Shown: positions 40,756-51,619 of the stretch, piece after piece
Layout: every line of letters starts with the position of its first letter
Numbering within the stretch: the first letter of the stretch is position 1
DNA from: Verrucomicrobiia bacterium
GTDB lineage: Bacteria > Desulfobacterota > Binatia > UBA9968
NCBI GenBank assembly: GCA_035637295.1
Contig: DASPXM010000285.1
Location: 1 to 60,509, forward strand
Direction of reading: 5' to 3'
DNA length: 60,509 bases
Position numbers and translations under genes: made by a program
Notes under the pieces: model-generated
The model's input: only the letters and a program-made list of their open reading frames with translations
The model's database searches: none
What the model was told of the DNA's origin: nothing

Positions 40756-41945
40756 TGAAAAACCGAGATGTCGCAGCGCTGACCGATAAATACGTCACGA
40801 AAACTTATGCCCGGATACCGATTGCGCTCGTTAAAGGCAGGGGATGCAAGGTTTGGGATGCCGACGGCAAAGAATATCTCGATTTCCTCTCCGGCATTGC
40901 GGTTAACAGCTTAGGTCACTGTCATCCGGCGATTGTTAAGGCGATCAAAGAGCAGGCACAAAAACTGTTGCATGCTTCCAACCTCTATCATATTCAGCCG
41001 CAGTCTGAGCTAGCCCGCGAGCTGTGCCGCCATTCCTTCGCCGACCGCGCCTTTTTCTGTAACAGCGGCGCCGAAGCCAACGAAGCAGCGATCAAATTGG
41101 CGCGCCGCTACGGTTCTGAAAAATTGGGCGGCAAGTATGAGATTATTTCGACGCACAACTCGTTTCACGGGCGTACGTTGGCGACTTTGACCGCGACGGG
41201 TCAAGAAAAAATCCGCGCCGGGTACGATCCGCTGCCCGTGGGTTTTCGCCAGGTGCCTTATAACGATCTCGGCGCGATGGAAGCGGCGATTGACCCGCAG
41301 AAAACCGTCGCTATCCTAATAGAACCGATTCAGGCCGAGGGCGGCGTGATCGTGGCGAATGAGATTTATTTGCTCGGTCTTCGCGAGCTGTGCGATCAGC
41401 GCGGCTTGTTGCTGATTTTCGACGAAGTGCAAACCGGCATGGGACGTACCGGAAAACTGTTCGGCTATGAACATTTCGGCGTCAAGCCGGACATCATGAC
41501 TTTGGCAAAAGCACTGGGCGGCGGTTTGCCGCTGGGCGCCATGCTGGCGCGTGAAGAGGTTGCCAATAGTTTCCGGCCCGGGAGTCACGCATCGACCTTC
41601 GGCGGCAACCCGGTATCCTGCGCCGCGGGCTCAGCGGTCATGGCGGCGCTGTTAAAAAACGGAGTGCTCAAGAACTGTGTGCAGATGGGCAAATATTTGG
41701 TCAAGGGGCTTGAGGCGCTGAAGAAGCGATTTTCTTTTATGCACGAGATCCGCGGCAAAGGGCTGCTCATCGGCGTTGAATTGAATATCGAAGGAAGCAA
41801 AATCGCCGACGCTTGCCTCAAAGAGGGATTGCTGCTCAACTGCACAGCCTCAAAGGTGCTGCGCTTCGCGCCGCCCCTGACGATCAAGAAGAGCGATATC
41901 GATCGCGGCTTGACGATCCTCGAAACGGTTTTGGCTCGTCAATAA
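40755..41945 (+). CDS. argD: acetylornithine aminotransferase
   Basis: Class III aminotransferase: SGAEANE, DEVQTG and the PLP-lysine context TLAKALGGG. The start overlaps the argB stop (GTGATG). Confidence 0.93.
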
Positions 41946-41968
41946 TCCGGCCTTACAATTTTCATGAC

Positions 41969-42916
41969 ATGAGCAAACGGGATTTCTTGAGTTTCGATGG
42001 CCTGAGCCGGCGCGAATTCGACGGTATTCTAGCCCTTGCGGGCGAGCTCAAGCGCAAGCAAAGGTGTGGTATCGCGCACCGACTGTTACAAGGAAAAGGA
42101 CTGGCGCTGGTTTTTGAGAAGCCGAGCTTACGGACACGGGTCACTTTTGAGATAGGCATGAGCCAATTGGGCGGCCATGTGGTTTTCTTGGGCCCGGCGG
42201 AAGTCGGCCTCGGCAGCAGGGAAACACCGGCCGACTGCGCGCGCAGTTTGGCCCGCTGGGTCGATCTCATCAGCGTGCGCACGTTCGCCCAGCAGACGCT
42301 CGAAGAGATGGCTGCATTTTCATCCGTGCCCGTAATCAATGCGCTCACGGACCTTTATCATCCTTGTCAGGTTCTGGCAGACTGCCAAACGCTGATCGAG
42401 CGAAAAGGTAAGCTCGACGGATTGAAGGTCGCGTTTGTCGGCGACGGCAATAATATGGTTCATTCCTGGTTGGAGGCGGCAGCGATCGTACCGTTTTCGT
42501 TTACGCTCGCCTGCCCGAGAGGCTATGAGCCCGACGCCGACGTCGTGAAGACAACTCGCGCTAGCGGCGCCAAGATTACCGTGACACCGTCGGTCGAAGA
42601 GGCGGTGGCTGGTGCCGATGCGATCTACACCGATGTTTGGACCAGCATGGGGGAGGAAGAGGAAGCGCAAGCGCGTCGCAACGACTTTTGCGACTACCAA
42701 GTGAACAGCCGCGTGGTCGAAATGGCGAAGAAAGACGCGGTCGTGATGCACTGCTTACCGGCGCATCGTGGCGAAGAGATCACGCCTGAAGTGCTGGAGA
42801 GCCCGCAATGCGTCGCCTTCGACCAAGCGGAGAATCGATTGCACGCTCAGAAAGCAGTCATGGTGTGGTTGCTCAAAGGGTTCAAGGGTTCAAAAGTTCA
42901 ACGTTCAAGAAATTGA
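41969..42916 (+). CDS. argF: ornithine carbamoyltransferase
   Basis: SLRTR, HPCQ and HCLPAHRGEE motifs. Track ORF trimmed to the ATG at 41969. The last ~13 codons lie in a GTTCAAR repeat. Confidence 0.93.
   Translation: MSKRDFLSFDGLSRREFDGILALAGELKRKQRCGIAHRLLQGKGLALVFEKPSLRTRVTFEIGMSQLGGHVVFLGPAEVGLGSRETPADCARSLARWVDLISVRTFAQQTLEEMAAFSSVPVINALTDLYHPCQVLADCQTLIERKGKLDGLKVAFVGDGNNMVHSWLEAAAIVPFSFTLACPRGYEPDADVVKTTRASGAKITVTPSVEEAVAGADAIYTDVWTSMGEEEEAQARRNDFCDYQVNSRVVEMAKKDAVVMHCLPAHRGEEITPEVLESPQCVAFDQAENRLHAQKAVMVWLLKGFKGSKVQRSRN
42871..42911. repeat. GTTCAAR-type simple-sequence block overlapping the argF 3' end
   Basis: GCTCAAAGGGTTCAAGGGTTCAAAAGTTCAACGTTCAAGAA. Confidence 0.6.
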
Positions 42917-42963
42917 AGCAGAAAAAATCGACGACGGGAAAGCGTTAGAGTCGTAGGGCGACG

Positions 42964-44169
42964 ATGACAGTCAGCAAGGTAGTTCTGGCATATTCGGGCG
43001 GCTTGGACACCTCGGTCATTTTACGGTGGCTCAAAGAGCAATATGGTTGCGAAGTCATCGCGTTCTGCGCCGACTTGGGCCAGGGCGAAGACCTGCAAGC
43101 GATCAAGCGCAAAGCGATCGAGACCGGCGCGAGCAAAGTCGTTATCGGCGATTTGCGAGAGGAGTTTGTCAAAGACTATGTTTTTCCGATGCTCCGCGCC
43201 AACGCCGTTTATGAAGGATCGTATTTGCTCGGCACTTCGATCGCACGGCCGCTAATCGCCAAAGGACAGATCGACGTCGCCGTCAAAGAAAAAGCCGACG
43301 CGGTTTCGCACGGCGCCACCGGTAAGGGCAATGATCAGGTGCGCTTCGAGCTGACCTACTATTCTCTTCGGCCCGGCATCAAAGTCATCGCGCCGTGGCG
43401 GTTGTGGGATCTCAATGCGCGGTCGGCTTTGATCGACTATGCGCGCAAACATGATATCCCCGTGCCGGTGACCAAGGCGAAACCTTACAGCACCGACCGT
43501 AATTTGTTCCACATCAGTTACGAGGGCGGCATTTTGGAAGATCCCTGGAAAGAGCCGCCGGCAGATATGTTCGTATGGTGCCGGCCTGTGGAGAAAGCGC
43601 CCAACCGTCCTGAATATATCGAGATCGATTACCTACGCGGTGACCCCATCGCCGTCGATGGGCGTAAGCTCGCACCGGCGAATCTACTTGCCCGGCTAAA
43701 CGATCTCGGCGCTAAACATGGCATTGGCCGCGTCGACCTAGTCGAGAACCGTTATGTCGGCATGAAATCGCGCGGCGTCTATGAAACGCCCGGTGGCACG
43801 ATCCTCCATGCGGCACACCGCGCCCTGGAGTCGATCACCATGGACCGCGAAGTGCTGCGTCTCAGGGATTCGTTGATTCCGCGTTACGCCGATATGATTT
43901 ATTACGGCTATTGGTTCGCGCCGGAGCGCGAAGTCTTGCAGAAAACTATCGATGCCTGCCAAACCAATGTCAGTGGCCGGATCCGGCTCAAGCTCTACAA
44001 AGGCAACATTATCGTCGCCGGGCGCAGATCAGGAACTTCGCTTTATGATCCCAACATGGCGACTTTCGAAGCGGACCAAGTTTATCATCAGAGCGACGCC
44101 GAGGGTTTTATTCGCTTGAATGCGTTGAGACTGCGGCTGCAGCGGTTGAGCAAAGCTAAGCGGGGCTAG
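42964..44169 (+). CDS. argG: argininosuccinate synthase
   Basis: [12 protein letters not shown]-binding motif and [13 protein letters not shown]. Confidence 0.96.
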   Translation: MTVSKVVLAYSGGLDTSVILRWLKEQYGCEVIAFCADLGQGEDLQAIKRKAIETGASKVVIGDLREEFVKDYVFPMLRANAVYEGSYLLGTSIARPLIAKGQIDVAVKEKADAVSHGATGKGNDQVRFELTYYSLRPGIKVIAPWRLWDLNARSALIDYARKHDIPVPVTKAKPYSTDRNLFHISYEGGILEDPWKEPPADMFVWCRPVEKAPNRPEYIEIDYLRGDPIAVDGRKLAPANLLARLNDLGAKHGIGRVDLVENRYVGMKSRGVYETPGGTILHAAHRALESITMDREVLRLRDSLIPRYADMIYYGYWFAPEREVLQKTIDACQTNVSGRIRLKLYKGNIIVAGRRSGTSLYDPNMATFEADQVYHQSDAEGFIRLNALRLRLQRLSKAKRG

Positions 44170-44171
44170 CC

Positions 44172-45560
44172 GTGGTCAAAGGCAAAGCAAAGGGAGGCAA
44201 GCTCTGGGGCGGGCGCTTCGCCGCCGAGACGGCGAATTCCGTCGAAGCATTCACTGCGTCGATTGCCGTCGATGCCCGGCTTTACCGTCACGACATCCTG
44301 GGCAGTATTGCGCATGCAAAAATGCTTGCGAAGCAGCGCATCATCCCGGCGCGTGACGCGCAGAAGATCGTCCGCGGTTTAGAAACCATTCGGCGTGAAA
44401 TCGACCACGGAAAATTTGCCTTTTCCGAGGCAGACGAAGACATTCACATGAATGTCGAGCGGCGCTTGACCAAGTTGATCGGCCCTGCCGGCGGCAAACT
44501 CCACACGGCACGAAGCCGCAACGATCAAGTCGCTTTAGACATGCGCCTTTATCTGCGCGACGAAGTGAAAATTATCATCGCCGCGTTGCAGGCGTTACAG
44601 CAGGGGCTGGCCAGAGCGGCAAAAAAATACCTCGATGTAATCATGCCCGGCTACACGCATTTGCAGCGGGCGCAGCCGGTGCTCTTTTCGCATCATTTGC
44701 TCGCCTACTTCGATATGTTCGAGCGGGATCGGGAGCGATTTGCCGGCTGTCTCGAGCGAATCAACGTGCTACCTTTGGGGTCCGGGGCTCTGGCGGGAAC
44801 GACCTTTCCGATCGACCGCGTCTATGTGGCCAAACTTTTGGGTTTCCCCAGGGTGTCAAAAAACAGCATCGACGCGGTGAGCGACCGCGATTTTCTTTTG
44901 GAATTTTTGGCCACATCATCGATTCTGTTTGTCCATCTGAGCCGCTTGGCCGACGAGTTAGTGTTATGGTCGACCCAGGAATTTGGCTTCGTCGAGTTGC
45001 CGGACGGCTATTGCACGGGTAGCTCGATGATGCCGCAGAAAAAAAATCCCGACGTGCCGGAACTGATCCGTGGTAAGACAGGGCGGGTGTTCGGCCATCT
45101 GCAGGCGTTGCTGACAATCATGAAAGGGCTGCCGCTTGCTTACAATCGGGATTTACAAGAGGACAAGGTTCCGCTGTTCGATACCGCCGACACTGTCAAG
45201 GCGAGCGTAAAGATCATGAGCGAGATCGTCGCCGGCATGAAAGTCATGGCGGAGCGGATGCTCAGCGCTGCCCAAGATGGTTTCATGAACGCCACGGATC
45301 TGGCAGATTATCTGGTTGCACGCGGGCTGCCGTTTCGCGCGGCCCACCAAGTGGCGGGCGCGGTCGTGCAGTTTTGTGTGACCCAAGGCAAGCGCATCGA
45401 AGAGTTGTCGTTGGTTGAGCTACAACGTTTTTCGGACAAGGTCGAAAAAGACGTCTACAGCTATTTATCGGCAGACGCGATGGTGGGCCGGCGGCGCGCC
45501 CTGGGGGGAACGGCGCGCCAAAACGTCATGCGCCGCTTAAAAGAACTGAGGGTGAGATGA
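44172..45560 (+). CDS. argH: argininosuccinate lyase
   Basis: Fumarate-lyase signature [11 protein letters not shown] and LWGGRF N-terminus. Confidence 0.96.
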   Translation: MVKGKAKGGKLWGGRFAAETANSVEAFTASIAVDARLYRHDILGSIAHAKMLAKQRIIPARDAQKIVRGLETIRREIDHGKFAFSEADEDIHMNVERRLTKLIGPAGGKLHTARSRNDQVALDMRLYLRDEVKIIIAALQALQQGLARAAKKYLDVIMPGYTHLQRAQPVLFSHHLLAYFDMFERDRERFAGCLERINVLPLGSGALAGTTFPIDRVYVAKLLGFPRVSKNSIDAVSDRDFLLEFLATSSILFVHLSRLADELVLWSTQEFGFVELPDGYCTGSSMMPQKKNPDVPELIRGKTGRVFGHLQALLTIMKGLPLAYNRDLQEDKVPLFDTADTVKASVKIMSEIVAGMKVMAERMLSAAQDGFMNATDLADYLVARGLPFRAAHQVAGAVVQFCVTQGKRIEELSLVELQRFSDKVEKDVYSYLSADAMVGRRRALGGTARQNVMRRLKELRVR

Positions 45561-46000
45561 AACGATTGTTTCTTATGGCGATGATTGGTTTCGCTCTGGC
45601 GTCTGCCTGCGGCAAAAAAGGCGATCCGCGCGCTCCGGAGCTCGTGATTCCGAGAACCATTACAAACCTGAGCGCGCGCTCCGGGCCCACCGGCATCGCG
45701 CTTACCTGGAGCCGGCCGACCGCATATGTCGATGGCAGCGAGTTGAAGGATCTTGCGAGCTTTGTCATCTTTCGCAAGGAAGTGTCCCAGAGTTGTCCTG
45801 ATTGCCCCGTGCCCTATAGGCAACTGACGACAGTGAATGTCGAAGACCAGGAAAAATTTGTGAAACAAAAACAATATCGATTCGACGACCGGGAAGTGAG
45901 GCCAAAAGCCATTTACCGCTATCGGATTTCGTCACAGTTATTTGACGGTAGTTTGAGCGCGCCATCGAATGAAGTTGAAATCGTGCGGAGTGAGAAATGA
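45557..46000 (+). CDS. lipoprotein with LptM/LppL-like N-terminus and beta-rich (FN3-like) extension
   Basis: Lipobox LASAC followed by [14 protein letters not shown] overlaps with both argH and lysA. It occupies the position of the small lipoprotein found upstream of lysA in proteobacteria. Confidence 0.6.
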   Translation: MKRLFLMAMIGFALASACGKKGDPRAPELVIPRTITNLSARSGPTGIALTWSRPTAYVDGSELKDLASFVIFRKEVSQSCPDCPVPYRQLTTVNVEDQEKFVKQKQYRFDDREVRPKAIYRYRISSQLFDGSLSAPSNEVEIVRSEK

Positions 46001-47268
46001 ATCATTTTCATTATCGCAACCGAGAAATGTTCGCCGAGGAGGTGCCGCTCAAGCGCATCGCCCAAGAGGTCGGCACGCCGGCCTATATTTACAGCTTGGC
46101 GACGCTCAAGCGCCATTACAAGGTCTTCGATCAGGCCTTTGCCAAAGTGCCTCATATCGTCTGTTTTTCAGTGAAGGCCAATTCCAATCTCGCGCTGCTG
46201 CGAACTTTCGCCAAGGAAGGCAGCGGTTTCGATATCGTTTCTGGGGGCGAATTGTTTCGCGCGCTCAAAGTGGGCGGCGACCCAAAGAAGATCGTCTTCT
46301 CGGGCGTCGGCAAGAAAAAAGATGAAATCCAATACGCTCTCAACGCGGGCATTTTAATGTTCAACGTCGAGTCGGAAGAGGAATTGATCGCGCTCAACGA
46401 GATCGCCGCGGGCATCGGCAAGAAAGCGCCGATCAGTTTGCGTGTCAACCCCGACATCGATCCACAAACGCACCCTTACATTTCAACCGGGATGAAAAAG
46501 TCGAAGTTCGGCGTTGATATAAAAAAATCGCTTGAGACCTATAAAAAAGCGGCGTCGTTATCTAATATCGATGTTGTCGGCGTTGATTGCCACATCGGCT
46601 CCCAGCTCACGTCGGTGACCCCTTTCGTCGATGCGCTAGGCAAGGTGCGTGAGTACCTGGATCGCGTGCTCGCCGGTGAAATGAAAAAGGAAGGCGCGCA
46701 GATTCGTTATCTGGATCTCGGTGGCGGTTTGGGGATCAACTACCACGACGAAACGCCGCCGCTTCCCGAGGAATATGCCCATGCGGTCATTCAAGGGTTG
46801 GAGGGTTTGAACATTACGCTGATACTAGAGCCCGGCCGGATCATCGTCGGTAACGCCGGCATTCTCCTTACTGAGGTTCAATACATCAAGGAAACCGACA
46901 CAAAAAAATTCGTCATCGTCGACGGCGGTATGAACGATCTTATCCGCCCGGCACTTTACGGCTCGTATCAGGCGATTCAACCGGTGGACGAAAACAAGGC
47001 GGAAAAAATCGTCGCCGACGTGGTGGGGCCGATCTGCGAGAGCGGCGACTTTTTTGCCAAAGATCGCGAGATCGGGCGGCCCAAGCGCGGCGATTTACTC
47101 GCCGTGATGAGCGCGGGTGCTTACGGTTTTACCATGGCATCCAATTACAACTCGCATCCGAAGCCGCCCGAGGTGCTGGTCGATGGCGACCAATACTACG
47201 TGGTCCGCAAACGCGAGAGCCTGGACGACCTCATCAACGGCGAGATTATTCCCGCTGCGTTACAATAG
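45997..47268 (+). CDS. lysA: diaminopimelate decarboxylase
   Basis: PLP-lysine context FSVKAN, GGGLGI and CESGD motifs. Confidence 0.95.
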   Translation: MNHFHYRNREMFAEEVPLKRIAQEVGTPAYIYSLATLKRHYKVFDQAFAKVPHIVCFSVKANSNLALLRTFAKEGSGFDIVSGGELFRALKVGGDPKKIVFSGVGKKKDEIQYALNAGILMFNVESEEELIALNEIAAGIGKKAPISLRVNPDIDPQTHPYISTGMKKSKFGVDIKKSLETYKKAASLSNIDVVGVDCHIGSQLTSVTPFVDALGKVREYLDRVLAGEMKKEGAQIRYLDLGGGLGINYHDETPPLPEEYAHAVIQGLEGLNITLILEPGRIIVGNAGILLTEVQYIKETDTKKFVIVDGGMNDLIRPALYGSYQAIQPVDENKAEKIVADVVGPICESGDFFAKDREIGRPKRGDLLAVMSAGAYGFTMASNYNSHPKPPEVLVDGDQYYVVRKRESLDDLINGEIIPAALQ

Positions 47269-47319
47269 GAGAGATTTTGTAGGGGCAATGGCGATACGCC
47301 CGTCCTAAAGAGTCAAGCT

Positions 47320-48141
47320 ATGGAACTTGATTTCACCAAAATGCACGGGGCAGGCAACGATTTTGTCTTTCTCGATTGCCGGAAGAAGAATATCGAGAAT
47401 TTAGGAGTGATCGCCAAACAACTCTGCGATCGCCGGTTTGGCATCGGCGCGGATCAACTGCTGACGGTGCATCCCTCCAAAGTCGCCGACTTCAAGATGG
47501 AAATTTATAATGCCGACGGCGGCCAAGTGGAGATGTGCGGCAATGGTATCCGCTGCTTCGCCAAATATGTCTACGATCACGGCATCAGCCAAAAACGCGA
47601 GCTCGAGGTGGAAACCCTTGCCGGTATTATTCGCCCCAAGATCGTCGGCGAGCTAGTCGAAGTTGACATGGGTGAGCCGATTCTTGAAGGCCGAAAGATT
47701 CCTGTCGATGCCGATGGGGAGATCAAAAACCAGCCGCTGACCGTGGACGGCAAGACCTATGAGGTGACTTGCGTGTCCATGGGTAATCCCCACTGTGTGC
47801 TTTATCTCGACGACATCGATTTCTTGGATCTCGAAAAGATTGGACCCCGTTTCGAGCACCATCCGTTTTTTCCCAAACGGGTGAATACGGAGTTCATCAA
47901 GATCATTAGTCGAAGTGAAGTTAAAATGCGTGTGTGGGAACGCGGCGCAGGTGAGACGTGGGCCTGCGGTACGGGCGCGAGTGCGGTGGGCGTTGCCGGC
48001 GTCATCACCGGGCGAACCGAACGTGAGATTGCAATTCATCTCAAAGGCGGCGATCTCTTGATTGAATGGCGCGACAACAATCGCGTCTATATGACGGGTG
48101 GCGCAGAAGAAGTTTTTCACGGCACCGTCAAGCTTGCATAG
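47320..48141 (+). CDS. dapF: diaminopimelate epimerase
   Basis: Two catalytic Cys contexts: MCGNGIRC and ACGTGA. Confidence 0.95.
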   Translation: MELDFTKMHGAGNDFVFLDCRKKNIENLGVIAKQLCDRRFGIGADQLLTVHPSKVADFKMEIYNADGGQVEMCGNGIRCFAKYVYDHGISQKRELEVETLAGIIRPKIVGELVEVDMGEPILEGRKIPVDADGEIKNQPLTVDGKTYEVTCVSMGNPHCVLYLDDIDFLDLEKIGPRFEHHPFFPKRVNTEFIKIISRSEVKMRVWERGAGETWACGTGASAVGVAGVITGRTEREIAIHLKGGDLLIEWRDNNRVYMTGGAEEVFHGTVKLA

Positions 48142-48152
48142 GAGACAGGTCT

Positions 48153-49025
48153 ATGTTTACCGGTTCGATGGTCGCTTTGGTGACGCCGTTTAAAGACGGT
48201 CAAGTCGATTGGCAAGGCCTAGCGGGATTGGTCGATTTTCATTTACAGAATGGCACGCACGGCATCGTGCCGTGCGGTACCACGGGTGAGTCAGCTACGC
48301 TGAGCCATCAAGAACATGACGATATCATTCGCACGGTGATCAAAGCGGTCAACAGACGCGTTCCCGTGATCGCGGGAACGGGCTCCAATTCCACAGAAGA
48401 AGCGGTTCGCCTGACGCGTGAAGCCGAAAAGTCCGGCGCCGACGGCGCGCTGATGATTTCGCCGTACTACAACCGACCGACGCAAGAAGGTATCTACCAG
48501 CACTATAAGAAAGTTGCCTCTGAAGTCGGCATCCCGATCATCATTTACAACATCCCGGGCCGAACCGGATCGAAGATCGAACCGGAGACCTTGGCACGCC
48601 TGTCAGAAATCGAAAACATCGCCGGCGTGAAAGAAGCGACCGGCTCGGTGGATCAAGTGATCGACGTGATTCGACTATGCGGCGATGGACTGGCGGTTTA
48701 TTCCGGCGAGGACTCGCTGATTTTCTCTTTAATGGCTCTCGGCGGCAAAGGCGTAATTTCTACGGTCGCCAACGTCGTGCCGAAAGAGACCTCGCAACTC
48801 ACAGAAGCTTGTTTGAAGGGAAATTGGGAAAAAGGCCGTGAACTTCAATTTAAACTGATGCCTTTGATTCGGAGCCTCTTCATCGAAACCAATCCGATTC
48901 CCGCTAAAACCGCGCTCGCGCTCATGGGCAAGTGCAGCAGCGACCTTCGATTGCCGCTGACGCCGATGGCCGAGGGCAATCTCAAAAGACTGAGACAAGC
49001 GATGACCGATTTCGGTCTTCTCTAA
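48153..49025 (+). CDS. dapA: 4-hydroxy-tetrahydrodipicolinate synthase
   Basis: GTTGES, YNRP and Schiff-base Lys context GVKEATG. ATG at 48153 follows AGGAGA. Confidence 0.95.
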   Translation: MFTGSMVALVTPFKDGQVDWQGLAGLVDFHLQNGTHGIVPCGTTGESATLSHQEHDDIIRTVIKAVNRRVPVIAGTGSNSTEEAVRLTREAEKSGADGALMISPYYNRPTQEGIYQHYKKVASEVGIPIIIYNIPGRTGSKIEPETLARLSEIENIAGVKEATGSVDQVIDVIRLCGDGLAVYSGEDSLIFSLMALGGKGVISTVANVVPKETSQLTEACLKGNWEKGRELQFKLMPLIRSLFIETNPIPAKTALALMGKCSSDLRLPLTPMAEGNLKRLRQAMTDFGLL

Positions 49026-49031
49026 AGCTTC

Positions 49032-49838
49032 ATGGCGCTCGGAATCATCGTCTGCGGCGTCGGTGGCCGGATGGGTGGCGCCGTAGTGCGAGCCGTGAAA
49101 GATTCCGCCGGCGTTGAGCTGGTCGGTGCGATCGATAAGCCGCGCAGCGCCAGAGTTGGAAAAGACGCCGGAGAAATTTCTTCCGCTGGCCGCCTGGGGG
49201 TCCCAGTAAGCGACAAGATTGAGTCATTGCTCAAGCCCAATGCAGTCATCGTCGATTTTACGAATCCCGAAGCATCGTTGGGTTTCCTAAAGGCGTCGTC
49301 CAGAACAGCGACTCCGATTGTCATTGCCACGACAGGTTTTAATTCGAGGCAGTTGGCGGAAGTTAAAAAACTGTCCCGTCGGACGCCGACGCTTCTCTCG
49401 GCAAACACGAGCTTGGGAGTTAATGTCCTTGTCTTGCTGCTCGGCAAGGCGGCGAAGATGCTCGGTGACGATTATGACGTTGAAATCATCGAATCGCACC
49501 ACCGGTTCAAGAAGGACGCGCCAAGCGGCACGGCTCTCGCGCTGGGCCGGTCGGTGGCACAGGCGCTCAATCGCGATCTCGACAAAGACGGCATCAACGG
49601 CCGCAAAGGCATCGTCGGCGAGCGCAGCAAGAAAGAAATCGCTCTACTCTCCGTGCGCGCGGGTGATATCGTCGGCGAACACACCGTAATCTTCGGCGGC
49701 ATCGGCGAGCGCCTCGAATTTATCCACCGCGCCCACAGTCGCGACACTTTCGCCCGCGGCGCCATCCGCGCAGCGCAGTGGCTCGCCAAACGCAGGCCCG
49801 GATTATACGGCATGCAGGACGTGCTTGGGCTTGATTGA
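49032..49838 (+). CDS. dapB: 4-hydroxy-tetrahydrodipicolinate reductase
   Basis: N-terminal GxxGxxG and ESHHRFKKDAPSGTA. Confidence 0.95.
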   Translation: MALGIIVCGVGGRMGGAVVRAVKDSAGVELVGAIDKPRSARVGKDAGEISSAGRLGVPVSDKIESLLKPNAVIVDFTNPEASLGFLKASSRTATPIVIATTGFNSRQLAEVKKLSRRTPTLLSANTSLGVNVLVLLLGKAAKMLGDDYDVEIIESHHRFKKDAPSGTALALGRSVAQALNRDLDKDGINGRKGIVGERSKKEIALLSVRAGDIVGEHTVIFGGIGERLEFIHRAHSRDTFARGAIRAAQWLAKRRPGLYGMQDVLGLD

Positions 49839-49978
49839 ACGAGCGTAACCATTTTCTCACCTTCACGCTTACAGCTGCGCCACGCCGTCGGACCCAAAAT
49901 CGTCTCATCCCACCCTTTTTGACTCCGCATCCTGCATCCATTACATTATTAGAATTCCCGTTCAGATCGGATTCCTAA

Positions 49979-51430
49979 ATGGTGGACATGGACAAAATCG
50001 TGTCGCTGTGTAAGCGGCGCGGGTTTATTTTTCAGTCGAGCGAGATTTACGGCGGCACGGGATCGGTTTGGGATTACGGGCCGCTGGGCGTGGAGCTTAA
50101 GAATAGCGTCAAGCGCGTCTGGTGGCGCGATTCGGTGCAGAACCGCGCCGACATGGTGGGACTGGATGCGTCGATCCTGATGCATCCGCGCGTGTGGAAG
50201 GCGAGCGGTCATCTCGATCACTTCACCGATCCGATGGTGGACTGCCGGGCATGCAACCGGCGTTTTCGCGCGGACAAAATCGACGAGGAGGTCTGGGTTC
50301 ATTTCTGCGAGGCGACCAAGGGCAACAAGTTCAATATCCCGGGCGGTGAAGCGTGCAAACACTGCGGCAAAAAGCGCACGCTCTGTCCGGCCTGCGGCAA
50401 GGGCGAGCTCACCGAGCCGCGGCAGTTCAATTTGATGTTCAAGACATTTATGGGGCCGGTGGAAGACGAGGCGGCGGTGACCTATTTGCGCCCGGAGACG
50501 GCGCAGGGGATTTTCGTCAACTTCGACAACGTGCTCCAGTCCATGCGCCTGAAGCTGCCCTTCGGCATCGCCCAGATCGGCAAGTCGTTTCGCAACGAGA
50601 TCACGCCGGGTAATTTTACGTTTCGCACACGCGAGTTCGAGCAGATGGAGATCGAGTTTTTCGTCATGCCGGGGACGGATGAAGAGTGGCACCAGCGCTG
50701 GATCGACGAGCGCTTCGCCTGGTACCCGCGCTACGGCATACGCCAGGAAAATCTTCGTCTGCGCGAGCACGACAAAGACGAGCTGGCACACTACGCCAAG
50801 CGCACCGCCGATATCGAATACCTTTTTCCGATCGGCTGGAGCGAGCTCGAAGGGATCGCCAATCGCACGGATTTCGATCTCAAACAGCATGCGCAGTTCA
50901 GCGGCAGAGCTTTGGACTATTTCGATGAGGAGAGCAAGCAAAAGGTTGTACCCTTCGTTATCGAGCCTTCAGCCGGAGCGGATCGCGCGACGTTGGCATT
51001 TCTCGTCGACGCCTATCGCGAGGAAGAAGTGAGGGGCGAGAAGCGAGTCGTGCTGAACTTTCATCCCGAGCTGGCGCCCATCAAGTTCGCGGTATTGCCG
51101 CTGCTCAAAAAGAACGATCGGATCGTGGAAACCGCCAATAAACTGACTGCCGACCTGCGCAAGCGGTGGCATTCGGTTTATGACGACACGGCGTCCATCG
51201 GTCGTCTCTATCGCCGTCAGGATGAAGTAGGCACGCCATTCTGTGTCACGGTCGACGTACAAACCGTCGGTGATGAGAAATCACCGGCCGATGAGAAGGT
51301 CACGATTCGTGACCGCAATACGATGCAACAAATCCGTGTTCCCATGAGTGCTTTGGAAACTTTGATGGATCGGCTCATGGCGGGGAAGTGGGCGAATACC
51401 GTCCAGGAATTCGGTCTGTTTAAAGACTGA
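49979..51430 (+). CDS. glyQS: glycine--tRNA ligase (homodimeric class II type)
   Basis: [13 protein letters not shown], class II motifs ([11 protein letters not shown]) and a C-terminal anticodon-binding domain. Confidence 0.95.
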   Translation: MVDMDKIVSLCKRRGFIFQSSEIYGGTGSVWDYGPLGVELKNSVKRVWWRDSVQNRADMVGLDASILMHPRVWKASGHLDHFTDPMVDCRACNRRFRADKIDEEVWVHFCEATKGNKFNIPGGEACKHCGKKRTLCPACGKGELTEPRQFNLMFKTFMGPVEDEAAVTYLRPETAQGIFVNFDNVLQSMRLKLPFGIAQIGKSFRNEITPGNFTFRTREFEQMEIEFFVMPGTDEEWHQRWIDERFAWYPRYGIRQENLRLREHDKDELAHYAKRTADIEYLFPIGWSELEGIANRTDFDLKQHAQFSGRALDYFDEESKQKVVPFVIEPSAGADRATLAFLVDAYREEEVRGEKRVVLNFHPELAPIKFAVLPLLKKNDRIVETANKLTADLRKRWHSVYDDTASIGRLYRRQDEVGTPFCVTVDVQTVGDEKSPADEKVTIRDRNTMQQIRVPMSALETLMDRLMAGKWANTVQEFGLFKD

Positions 51431-51470
51431 GCTCAATCCGCCAAAGTCCGATCTCTCTTAAAAAAAGGGG

Positions 51471-51619
51471 TTCTTCAGATTTCGAGTGGGTTGCGAGGAT
51501 CGAATCCGTTCGCTCTAATCCGTTGACAAGCTCGGGACGAAAGGCCGGGTTGCGATTTTGCCCTGAGCGAGGTCGAACGGGTGACCGTTTCAGTGCGACC
51601 CACTCTAAAATCCGAAGAG
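51471..51619. repeat. long inverted repeat spanning the annotated ABC exporter start
   Basis: The left arm TTCTTCAGATTTCGAGTGGGTTGCG (51471-51497) and the right arm GCGACCCACTCTAAAATCCGAAGAG (51595-51619) match at about 20 of 25 positions with one indel. The inner region has further hairpins. Confidence 0.5.

Noticed and set aside
49949-50941. 330-aa ORF antisense to glyQS. Similar long antisense or shadow ORFs occur at 56668..57633 (+), 26732..27460 (-), 20484..21191 (-), 53352..53765 (-) and 6400..6978 (-).
   Set aside because: Each lies fully inside a CDS with clear family motifs on the other strand. They are Arg/Ala/Gly/Pro-rich with no recognisable domains or RBS, which is typical of GC-rich shadow ORFs.
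51490-51515. T-arm-like sequence GCGAGGATCGAATCCGTTCGC as a tRNA fragment or integration scar.
   Set aside because: No acceptor, D or anticodon arms can be built around it. It is better explained as part of the local palindromic repeat structure.
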